Of a stretch of 64,000 bases of DNA, positions 11,899 through 22,700 are shown piece after piece. The notes below the pieces were generated by a model, which was not told the origin of the DNA, ran no database searches, and saw only the letters and a program-made list of their open reading frames with translations. The translations under genes were made by a program, and so were the position numbers. This stretch comes from Nemertoderma westbladi (taxonomy: Eukaryota > Animalia > Xenacoelomorpha): NCBI GenBank assembly GCA_032718475.1, contig JAUCBJ010005734.1, forward strand, positions 1-64,000, given 5' to 3'. Numbering within the stretch: the stretch's first letter is position 1; every line of letters begins with the position of its first letter.

Positions 11899-12980
11899 TC
11901 CTATCTGCTACCCGGAGGTAGGGGTGGGCGCTACTCCTATCTGCTACCCGAGGGTAGGGGTGGGTGCTACTCCTATCTGCTACCCGGAGGTATGTGTGGG
12001 CGCTACTCCTATCTGCTACCCGAAGGTAGGGGTGGGTGCTACTCCTATCTGCTACCCGGAGGTAGGGGTGGGTGCTACTCCTATCTGCTACCCGAGGGTA
12101 GGGGTGTGCGCTACTCCTATCTGCTACCCGGAGGTATGTGTGGGCGCTACTCCTATCTGCTACCCGAAGGTAGGGGTGGGTGCTACGCCTATCTGCTACC
12201 CGAGGGTAGGGGTGGGCGCTACTCCTATCTGCTACCCGGAGGTATGTGTGGGCGCTACTCCTATCTGCTACCCGAAGGTAGGGGTGGGTGCTACTCCTAT
12301 CTGCTACCCGAGGGTAGGGGTGGGCGCTACTCCTATCTGCTACCTGGAGGTATGTGTGGGCGCTACTCCTATCTGCTACCCGAAGGTAGGGGTGGTGGCT
12401 ACTCCTATCTGCTACCCGGAGGTAGGGGTGGGCGCTACTCCTATCTGCTACCCGAATGTAGGGGTGGGCGCTACTCCTATCTGCTACCCGAAGGTAGGGG
12501 TGGATGCTACTCCTATCTGCTACTCGAAGGTAGGGGTGGGTGCTACTCCTATCTGCTACCCGAGGGTAGGGGTGGGTGCTACTCCTATCTGCTACCCGAA
12601 GGTAGGGGTGGGTGCTACTCCTATCTGCTACCCGGAGGTAGGGGTGGGCGCTACTCCTATCTGCTACCCGAAGGTAGGGGTGGACGCTACTCCTATCTGC
12701 TACTCGAAGGTAGGGGTGGGCGCTACTCCTATCTGCTACCCGAGGGTAGGGGTGGGCGCTACTCCTATCTGCTACCCGAGGGTAGGGGTGGGCGCTACTC
12801 CTATCTGCTACCCGGAGGTAGGGGTGGGCGCTACTCATATCTGCTACCCGAAGGTAGGGGTGGACGCTACTCCTATCTGCTACTCGAAGGTAGGGGGTGG
12901 CGCTACTCCTATCTGCTACCCGAGGGTAGGGATGGGCGCTACTCCTATCTGTTACCTGAAGGTAGGGGTGGGCGCTACTC
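11899..12980 (+). repeat. 36-bp G-rich minisatellite (~30 copies)
   Basis: Unit CCTATCTGCTACCCGRAGGTAGGGGTGGGYGCTACT. Confidence 0.97.
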
Positions 12981-13040
12981 GCCCCTACATGGACCATATA
13001 TTATACGCATATGGCTACATATATTTTTTAGAAGCACCCA

Positions 13041-13400
13041 AATTTGAAATTTTCATGCCGCACCCACTTCTAGGATCCCCCGAAAAATACCATCCCACTT
13101 GTCTGTGACATCTATCTATCGGTCAAAATCGATTCAGCGACCTCGAAAACCTTTGTACACAGAAAATTGACCTTTGGAAATGTGTACTATTGAAAGTGAA
13201 AATTTGAAATTTTCGTGCCGTACCCACTTTTGTAGGACTCCCCGAAAAATACCATCCCACTTGTCTGTGACATCTATCTATCGGTCTAAATCGATTCAGC
13301 GACCTCGAAAACCTTTGTACACAGAAAATTGACCTTTGGAAATGAGTACGATTGAAAGTGAAAATTTGAAATTTTCGTGCCGCACCCACTTTTGTGGGAC
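13041..13400 (+). repeat. ~161-bp direct tandem duplication (2.2 copies)
   Basis: AATTTGAAATTTTC.TGCCG.ACCCACTT at 13041, 13201 and 13363. Confidence 0.9.
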
Positions 13401-14571
13401 CCCCAAAAAATGTATTCAGGGAAGTTTTGACGTAAAATGGACACCATTGTTCGATTCGGTATACCAAAAAACCTTTATAAACGAGAAACTGGCTGACAAC
13501 ATCAATCCTTTCAAAAGTTGCAAATTTTAGCTTGAAAAGTGCTGACATGTGTTTTTTACACCCCCTATAACTCGACAACTAACAGAGCTATAAAGTTCTC
13601 GTTTTTTTTGTGAGATTCAGAGATAAATTTTAGGAAAACTCAGGAAATTTCAGCTTACTGCGATCAGTGCTTCTGCGCAGATCAGTAGATAAACTTAAGG
13701 GGGGGGGGGGTGGATTCAACCCCCCCCCCCCCCCCCCCCCCCAGTCCTGTAACGGTTAATATCAAATAATAAAATTCACGGGAATAAATTATAAATTCAT
13801 ATCCTCTCATGAATTTAATAAATTGTCATTTTATACAATTTATAAACATTCCCAAAATTCCGTTAATTAATAGATCATGGGAGCGGAGATTCACCCTATT
13901 AAGTATATCAGTGTGAGAGTATCTCCAGTGTATAGTCAATAGCCGATAAAATTCATAAAATCATGTATAAAGGGAATATTGACAATTAAAGAGTCACTAT
14001 TAAATAGCATCCCAGATCTGTATGCATGAGAAATACCCTAATTCTACCGCTAGCTTTGCATAATGTCACCATAGTAACAACCACGCTAGAATTAGAAGTG
14101 AGTTAAAAGAACAATAGAAAGCTTGCCCCATTGAATAGCATGCGTAATAAATAGCACTTGCTAGTATCTAGGGATACATAATAATAACGTGGCATTCTGG
14201 AAGGCATCTGACTAACGGACAAATGGCCCTAATTTGTACAAATTGTGACAGGAATGTGGAATTTGTGTATTTATAGGTGAATATTGCTACTAAAGTGTGT
14301 TTACAGCGAGTAAGCGAGTCGCAATTGTGAAAATTACCTTACATCTGTATCAAGTACCTCCAGTATATTCAAACCTTTGGGACGGACAGTGGAGTGACTC
14401 GCGCTGGTTATTGTTGTCGTTGTGTGGCTACTACATTGGCGAGTGGCACAGCGACGACAGTACATCAGCGCTGAGGATCTCAGGGATGTCCGGGGGCAGA
14501 GAGGGGAAGGCAGCGACGCCCGCTAGCCTTATTATTATTAACTATAATATCGATAAACTCATATAGCAGCT

Positions 14572-15190
14572 ATGACTGAGTTGATAGAAGATGATCTTGG
14601 TATTTGGGAGCGATATACCCTACCACTGCAAGCATTTGTTGATAGTTTGATAAGCGGCGACGGAAGACACACGACGGAAGACGATGGCCATTATATCGAA
14701 CCGCCAATATCAAAGGAATAGCTCAAGCATGAATTGGACTATAGAAAATTAACCGCTCACTATACGCATCGTAATGGTACGTATATGGACCTCTTAACTG
14801 CTGGTCATCCTATCGATTTACACGATATGGACGATGTAGACACCGAAAGGGAAATGATTATATTTAAATATCATGCCCAGCGAAGTCGGAATGATCAACT
14901 GAGAATTGAACATGAAAATTATATTCGAAACCGACTCGAAAGAGAAGATGTTGAAGAACCGGACAAACGTAATGACTTTAACAAATATTTAGAGTTCTTG
15001 AGAGAAACTTATCTCAATGTAGCTAGTCAGCAAAATCTCGAAACTCGATATCCTCAAGTTATACATCACAACCCTATGATGGAGCTTAAACGACTCTATT
15101 TTACTATGATGTATCTTACCGCCGATCGACCACTACCTGTTGTACCGGATAGCTTCGAACAGATGGAGGAATATTGTAAAACTGGAGAAT
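14572..15190 (+). pseudogene. N-terminal part of extra 3' ORF (ORF3) of BEL/Pao element A
   Basis: ATG 14572, in-frame TAG 14719. ELKRLYFTMMYLTADRPLPVVPDSFEQMEEYCKT aligns with EISRLYHTMQYLKAHEPMPAVRDEFDGMHLYRRT of element B ORF3. Confidence 0.8.
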
Positions 15191-16689
15191 GATCAAGCCG
15201 CTCAAGTTTGCCCTTAGCAGTGCGGCCGAGCGGTCGCCCCGGCAGACGCGACACCTATCGATCATTTCAGAATTCACGACGGACCTGCAGCACGTCTCCG
15301 GCAAGGACAACATGGTCGCAGACGCTCTCTCCCGCTCGGGGGACCCACCATGCTCCATCGACATGCCGCGCTCCGTCGCCGCCCTTCTCTCTCCCGCCGT
15401 GGAATTCGCTGCGCTCGCCGCAGCGCAACGGACGTCCGCCGAGATCGTCGCCTACCGCACCACCGTCACTGGCCTCCGCTTCGCCGACATCCCGTTCGGC
15501 GACACCACTGTGCTCTGCGACATCTCCACCGGCAAGGAGCAACCCGTAGTGCCCATCGAATGGCAGGGCCGCATCTTCGAAACCATCCACGGGCTGTCAC
15601 ACCCGGGACCCCGCCCCACCATCTGGGCGATCTCCTCCAAGTTCGTTTGGCACAACTTGAAGCGAGACGTCAAACGTCGCTGCGACGAATGCCTTGCTTG
15701 CCAGTCGTCCAAGGTCGCCTGTCACGTTCGGGCTCCCCTCGTCAGCCGTGCCGCCCCCGACAACCGCTTTGAGAACCTCCACGTCGACTTGGTCGGCCCC
15801 CTCCCATTGTCCGAAGGGAACACATACCTCTTCACTGTCATCGACCGGTTCAGCCGCTGGCCGGAGGCGCTCCCACTCGCCGACGCCACAACCGCCACGT
15901 GCGCACGTGCACTCCCACTCCCGAAACGGCTGGATCAGCCGTTTCGGGGTGCCCACACCCATCACCTCCGATCGCGGCCCCCAGTTCACTTCGCACCTCT
16001 GGACGGAGTTGAACAAGCTGCAGGCGAATGGGATGGTCGAGCGGCTGCACCGCCAGCTCAAGGCCGCACTGAAGGCCCGACTCACTGGACCCGGGTGGAT
16101 GGACGAGCTTCCCCTGGTGCTGCTGGGCATCCGCACTTCGTGGAAGGAAGACCCAGAGTGCTCTCTGGCGGACATAGTTTACGGCACCAAGCTGCACGTT
16201 CCCGGCGAGTTCGTCGAGCCCGCCACATCCGCCGTTTCACCCCCGTCGTCGTCCTTCGTCGCCGACCTCCGCGACCGCCTCCGCTCGTCCGCCCTGCCGC
16301 CGGCGTATCATGGCTCACCGACATCCACCTCTCTGCCGCCGCAGTTGACTACGGCCTCTCACGTTTTCGTGCGCCGTGGCACCCGCTGCGGCCCCCTCGA
16401 CCGCCCGTACGTTGGCCCGTACCCGGTTGTCTCCCGCCACGCGAAGCACTTCGTGGTGGACCTCGACAGCCGCGAGAACTCCGTCTCCATCGACCGGCTC
16501 AAGATCGCCCACATACCAATGGCTGCATCAGGTCTACTTCCCCCTGTCACGTACGCCCACGCCGCAGCTTCGCCACCTTCGCCCCAGCCCATCGCGTCAT
16601 CGTCCACGCCGCCGCTGATCCCGGACTTGGCCAATTTCTCCCAGTTCGGCCGCCGCCTCCGCCCACCGGCCACCTTCTCTCCGGGCTGA
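15191..16689 (+). pseudogene. Ty3/Gypsy pol 3' half (RNase H end + integrase), frameshifted near 15920
   Basis: KPL...HVSGKDNMVADALSR, H..H/C..C zinc motif, HVDLVGP, SDRGPQF, ANGMVER, GPY motif; GC-rich. Confidence 0.92.
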
Positions 16690-16717
16690 TCGCGTTTGCA
16701 CGCTGGAGGGGGGGTTA

Positions 16718-16859
16718 TGTAGGGTAGAGACTTCGGCGGGATATTCAAACTCTCTATCTACCTTTGACTCAGATAACATTTCACTTTACCGGTACAGTTC
16801 TCTTGTTATCATTTCGCAAACAACTCTACTATAAGATTATACTATCGTTGACCGCTACA
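16718..16859 (+). repeat. Gypsy 3' LTR (142 bp)
   Basis: PPT GGAGGGGGGG immediately upstream; termini TGTAG...CTACA. Confidence 0.8.
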
Positions 16860-17066
16860 CACGCACTGTTAGTAGGCCAACTTTCAGATAAGACTCAAGG
16901 ATTATATAGTTTCTCTAGTCGCTTCCTACTGTCTGTATAGAATTATATTCTCATAAATGCCGTGGATTTTCAAAATTTTATTTTGTTCGAATTAACTTTG
17001 CTATAAAGATTACATTAAGTCCTCATTTGTATTTACTATATCTATTTGTACGATGATTATTCGAGT

Positions 17067-17150
17067 GGTTCAGTAGCTCAGTCGGTAAAGCGTTGGAAAT
17101 TATATGTAGTAGGTATCGAGTTCGAATCCTAGTAGGTGCGAATTATTTTT
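17067..17150 (+). promoter_or_regulatory. tRNA-derived Pol III A/B-box cassette inside 5' LTR
   Basis: A box TAGCTCAGTCGG (17074-85), B box GTTCGAATCC (17120-29), T5 run (17146-50). The acceptor stem does not pair. Confidence 0.7.
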
Positions 17151-17216
17151 GTGCTAAGTTTCAACTCATTTAAATTAACCGCTACAAATTAAATTGCATT
17201 TGCTCGAAGTAGATTA

Positions 17217-17365
17217 ACCAATGGGATTGCAGTTATTAGATAGTAACCAATGTCGTGCAAGTTATATATTCGCTGGACCAATAGTTATCTTTAAAAACCT
17301 ATTAGAACTCATAGAACAATCGAGAATTTTCTCGATTGATTGCAGCACAAATTTGCTATAAAAGG
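17217..17365 (+). promoter_or_regulatory. Candidate Pol II promoter in LTR (3 CCAAT boxes ~30 bp apart + TATA)
   Basis: ACCAAT at ~17217, 17246 and 17277; GCTATAAAAGG at ~17355-65. Confidence 0.55.
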
Positions 17366-18832
17366 TGCGATTTGTTCATTAGTTATTAGTATACATCATT
17401 ATCATTCTTGCTTATCCTAATATATAACTTTACTAGATTATCACTTATTAGTTATCTATTAGTTTCTTGTTACGTTTACGTATATCTTTTGTAATAAAAG
17501 TTAGAAATACTTGTTACATCTGCCCTTTTCCTATCATGTTTTACCACGGTGAACTTAACTGAGGGACAGGATGGCAGGCTAAACATCGGGCCACAGCGAT
17601 GAACGGGAACATCTGAGGAATGTAGAAGGAGACAACCCGCAATATCATTCTTAGTTATTCGCCCATCGCCTGAAAGGTTAGACAGCGTTCAATGCCTCGC
17701 TACCTAAGTGTAAGACCAAAGATCGAAGGTAGAGGTAGTGACACGCTGTGCGCTAAAATTTACATGTAGGGACTGTACTGTCTTAATTCAGAGAAAAAAC
17801 CCGCAGTAGACCTTCATATTCCTACGGGGGGAGAGGAGATCAGGCAGAGATACTAGTACACAGATAGGACGCAGGCACACCGGTACAAGGCATACACATT
17901 GGTAGGGTGCAGCAAACTGTACGCCTAACTCTTGCTAAGTATAGGTGCGTCTGTGACTGTTTGTAGTACAACGGTGTCCATTGCATTTGAACTTGTAGGC
18001 TAGAAGGGTTACTGTGTTTTACCTGAATTAGGATTGTACCGTTCAGGCGGTAGGGCAGTTTACAACTAGGCGCAAATAAATTGAGGCTATTTAGGGATAC
18101 TAACATCTACCGTGTCCCCACCAACACGTACCCATCTAGGCAACCAAAATTCTAGATAAGAACACCAGGCTAGCTATTAGTAACAGTACGCCTACTGTAG
18201 TAAACTAACACATTTCTTCTTAGTATTAGGGACCTGGTAAATTAAATTGCCGAATTCTGGGCGTAGTATTAACCTTATGCCTGAATTTGAGTCCTGGAAA
18301 TACACAAAAGGGGAAGGAGCCTTATCATTCGTGAGTATTGGACCTACAAGTTACAAAATTAGAATATTTGTAAAATGCACACCGGACCCAGTAATTATAT
18401 ATGTGAAGGAGCAAAACTGACTTTGACTGTTTAGAATCAAGACACGCGCGCGTTAGAAATTATTTACACCTCAAAATATATAAAATTAACTTTTGTCCGT
18501 ACTGCGCTTTGCCCGCTAGTTAGACATCTCTGCACCTAGCTAGCATCTCTCTATCCCAACCATATAAATCACACCGCGGCAAAGTATACGAGCCCCTTAG
18601 TCCATCAGTGAGTCAGCCTGATTTTAGGATTCGCTGCGCGGGATTTTGTTTTATCGAAGTTTGTCCGTTCGTAGACTGTTTTCTGCCTCACCGGTTATAA
18701 GAGACAAAATACTGCAATATATATTCGCTTACTTTGAGTTTACTGTTTTGGTGAGAAGGTCGGATTTATGATTTGATTCACAAACTTTACAGTAAGATAT
18801 TGCAGGGTATTTTGTTACTGTCTCTTCGCATA

Positions 18833-18918
18833 GTAGGAATATGTATTATTTAACATATTTCCTAGAGAAGTAGGAATATGGTATTATTTAACATATTTCC
18901 TAAAATAGTAGGAATATG
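18833..18918 (+). promoter_or_regulatory. Non-tRNA primer-binding region: three GTAGGAATATG copies abutting the 5' LTR
   Basis: Copies at 18833, 18870 and 18908; exact complement CATATTCCTAC at 17815-17825; no TGG-type tRNA PBS. Confidence 0.7.
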
Positions 18919-19715
18919 TTTTACTGAACTACGGTTCGGTAGGACTAAAGTTATTTGAAAATTTTGTATTTTGAGGTAAAAGTTTATATTTGATTAGCTA
19001 AGTGCTAATTTTTTGAAATAAAATTTTGATTTGAACCGCGTGTAAAATATTTTGGAATTGAATACTGGTGTTTAAAAGGGTTTAAATACCATATTGTACC
19101 GGTACAAAATTTTCGTAAAAGTAAAACCTAACTCTTTTGTTTTTCAGGATTCAGAGCTCATTTCTAGACTGTAACGAGAGCAAGACCGTGTTTAGCAAGT
19201 TTGGGAGATAGATAACTCAACAACTTTGGTTGGGAAAATCGCACTTCGTCCGCAACGCTGGAAACGGAAAGGTTCACGTCCGGTTTGTATCTGGGAATCT
19301 GTTTTTCTGGAGAATCATTGGAGGGGGTGAGTTCGAAAAGTTGCATAAATAAGTTAGGCATTACCGTATTAGTTAAAATTATTGTGGGTTCCACTGTCTC
19401 AAGTATTTATGCATTCCGTATGATTTCTTTGTTTATTGCTGAATTAGTCCGTATTATTGTATTTAATCTACCTTTTGATAACGTATATCGTTATCTGATT
19501 TATTTGTCGTAAAATTGGCCGGTAGGCTAATTTTATTATATACTTACTCCGTGACATTTATTTGCATAAAATTGGCCGCTAGGCTAATTTTATCCATCTG
19601 CTATAAAATCGGCCGGTAGGCTAATTTTATATGACTGTAATTAATACCGTTTTGATATAAAATACGGTAAGTTTGATATTTTGACACTCACTTTACTTGA
19701 CTTACAACTACCGAA

Positions 19716-22700
19716 ATGAGTGACAAACAAGACTATACGAAGAATACACAAACCGACTATGACTCATGCGACGCGGATAAGTCAGAAGCGGAAGAACCAC
19801 AGGGGAAGACTCGTGAGCCTACCGAACCTACACCGTGCGCGTCACCAGTACATCCAACGGGAGTACCGGATGCCGTAGTATGAGGCGACGGCAGGACCGA
19901 CGATTTCCTAATGTTCCCGCAACCTAGACATAGAGAAACGGACATGGTAAGTTCAGTAGGAAGCCAGGAGAGTGTAGTTAGAAGCGTCGGAGGATACATG
20001 GCGCATATTACCAGGAGTATTGGAGAGGGCCAACGCATATTAGACGAGTTAACCGCTCCGATGTCTCGGTTCGAGTTCTACACCCTCCAGGTTAGAGTAC
20101 AGAGTAAAGTACATAAGTCTGTAGATAATCTAATTGGTCTACAAGATCTAGCTAGACAGAGACAGGATATGGACACACAGTTTAGAATCCTCGAGAAATT
20201 AATGATCGCTAGGGAGAAACTGATTCAGTTTAAGACAACCGTTAGACAGATACAACAGGAACAAGCGGACCAGTTATTAGGTGAGTCGATTTCCGACGAG
20301 TTATTACAGCCCGAGGAAGAACAACTGTACCGACTGGATGGACAATTGAAACATCTGACGGATCACTTACGTATGTGCGGCGAAGACGTCGGCGATTTGG
20401 AAACCGTGCCGGAATATACGAGGGAAATTTCACCCGTACAAATCGAATCGGCACCGGGAATACTGGACCAGTCATTGGTGAGTATTCGCAGCGAAATTGG
20501 CGAGGTAAGTATAGTGACGTCAGAAATTTCTCGACAGCAACAACAGTACTATAGACAACAACGAGAAATTGAGGAACAAACTCAACTGTTAACGGTACAA
20601 GCAGCGGTAGATGAAGAGAAGCTACGCGTTGCGAATGTTGCGAGAATCTCTCATCTGCAAGAACAAGCCGAACTGGAAGCAGCTGAGATGGAAAGGTTAG
20701 AGCTAGAAATAGCACAGCGAACAGCGGCAGCTGAGTTAGCGCAACAAGCGGCAGCAGCTGAGTTGGAACGACAAATGGCAGCAGCTGAGTTGGAACGACA
20801 AGCAGCAGCAGCTGATTTAGAGCGACGAATTACGAGCAGCAGAATTGGAAGAACACAAGCGAGTTTCGGAAGCGAGAGCCGAGTTGAAAAAACGACAGAT
20901 AAAGGCTCAATCAGCTATACGACTAGCGGAGTTCGAGGCGCAACAACAACAGATGGAACAACGCGAGAAGGAAGTTAAACTTCATTTCGAACTCGAGAAG
21001 AAGGCGAGAGAATTAGCCAACGCTAAGGAAGATCTGGATCTACAAGCCCGCGATCGATCGATGAGATCTCGAGACGGACACGATCTAGACCGGTTGGAGG
21101 TAAGACATCGTCAAATTCAGGAACGAATGAAGGAAGGAAGCGTAGGAGCACCTGAGCGAGAACGGGAATTGGTTAAAGACTTATGTCAATGATTTCCGCA
21201 AGTAACTCCGATGTTCGCACTAATTACGAATAAAGGACCTGTTTCGATTGCTGGTAGTAGCAGTATATCTCCTATACACGATGCAACGGAACACAGGTAT
21301 GTTATTCCGGACAAGTTTGTACCGCCGAGAGCAATGTCATCGCCTATTCCGAGAGTTAAGGTAAGTAACCCACCGATTACCGATCGTAGTAGGTATTAGT
21401 CAGACCCACATTAATGACGACTAAACAGGTGAGTCAAACATCGACACCTAAACCTGTGACACACTACACAAACCACTTGATATTCAGGCCTTCAAGGCTG
21501 TTAGACTCAAACATTACGCGACCACGAATTCAGTTTACATCGCAATCTACGACTTCGAGGAAGACCTGCGAGCCTACCGAACAACGAAGACCAGTGGATA
21601 CGCGACCGCTTAACCAGTTTACATCGCAATCTACGACTTCGAGGAAGACCTGCGAGCCTACCGAACAACGAAGACCAGTGGATACGCGACCGCTTAACCA
21701 GTTTACATCGCAATCTACGACTTCGAGGAAGACCTGCGAGCCTACCGAATGACGGAAACCAGTAGACGATGTTCCGAAGCGGAATGTTAGAATTCGGACA
21801 ACCCAACGGACGCAAGCACGTCGGCCACCGTATCCAGGTGATAGTAGTACTTCGAGTGAATCGGATTACCCGGAACGCGAAGTGTTTAGAACAGGAGCGG
21901 CCGATGAATACAAATGCGAGCATTCAGACAATTCCTTTATAGACAATCCTCCACAAAATACACCAACACAGAAAGCGTTACAACCAATGGACGCTATCAG
22001 TACACAACAGTTCGCCGACATTCTGCGACCAGTTGTTAACAAGTTGGCTCAGATCGAGGAATGCTTGGAGGAAGTTCAAACAGATAGTTCGCGAAACACC
22101 GAATTCGAACACAATAGAAACCCGAAGGAACCTCAAAGAGTGATACCTTCAAGAAACACCTCGTATCAAAGAAAAGCGCCAAGACAGGAGAACATCAACT
22201 TGATTGCCAACCAAGGACGCGAAACTTTGAATGTAGCCGAGGAGATAGCCAAATTCGCAGCCAGACAAGGACTACAGATGCAACAACCACCTAAGTTTTC
22301 CGGTAATTCTAAACATTGGCACACGTTCATAGACTACATCGAATCTCAAATTGCGGCGTGCGCTTTTACCTCAAGGGAAAAGTTCAACTATTTGCTTCAA
22401 ACTTTGACGGGAGAACCAAAACGCTTAGCGGAGACTTCCGTTGGAGTACCAGATGCCTTCGAGTTAGCATACGATCGCTTAACTTCAATCTACGGAGGTA
22501 CAGTCAGTATGGCCAAGTCAGTGATAGAGGAACTCTGTAAGGGGGGGGGCTATTACTAAACCCGTCGACTTACTGAAGTTAGCTGACGAAATAAAAAACG
22601 CTATCACTACATTGAGATCTATTGGACAACTCGGTTACGGGAACACCCCTACAGTCCTATTAAAGATCATAGGAAGACTCCACCATCGACTTTGTCGGGA

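Larger units (their letters stand above)
11597..13755. mobile_element. Non-autonomous TIR DNA transposon (piggyBac-like) inside element A
   Basis: TACAGGACTGGG (11602) / CCCAGTCCTGTA (13751) plus inverted subterminal poly-G-TTGA(T/A)TCCACCC blocks. The right end ..ACGG is followed by TTAA; the left terminus is degenerate (TTTA-CAGT). No transposase. Confidence 0.6.
16936..18832 (+). repeat. 5' LTR of element B (1897 bp), termini TATAGA...CGCATA
   Basis: Direct repeat of 33630-35543, flanked by TSD GTCTG. Confidence 0.95.

Noticed and set aside
11888-13108. Long repetitive ORFs in three frames
   Set aside because: Products of a stop-free 36-bp minisatellite.
15920-16727. Pro/Arg-rich C-terminus of the 512-aa ORF and overlapping antisense ORFs
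   Set aside because: Out-of-frame reading after a frameshift in GC-rich Gypsy DNA; the true integrase continues in the 15694-16689 frame.
17067-17140. Functional tRNA gene
   Set aside because: Acceptor and anticodon stems do not pair; only the A/B boxes are retained.
17821-17832. CCTACGGG resembling a 16S rRNA primer site
   Set aside because: Short chance match with no rRNA context.
17840-18106. 88-aa antisense ORF present in both LTRs
   Set aside because: Duplicated only because the LTR is; no recognisable domain.
17826-18123. GGGGA/TCCCC-RCCA acceptor-stem mimic next to the putative primer end
   Set aside because: Only 5 bp over ~290 nt; too weak to support.
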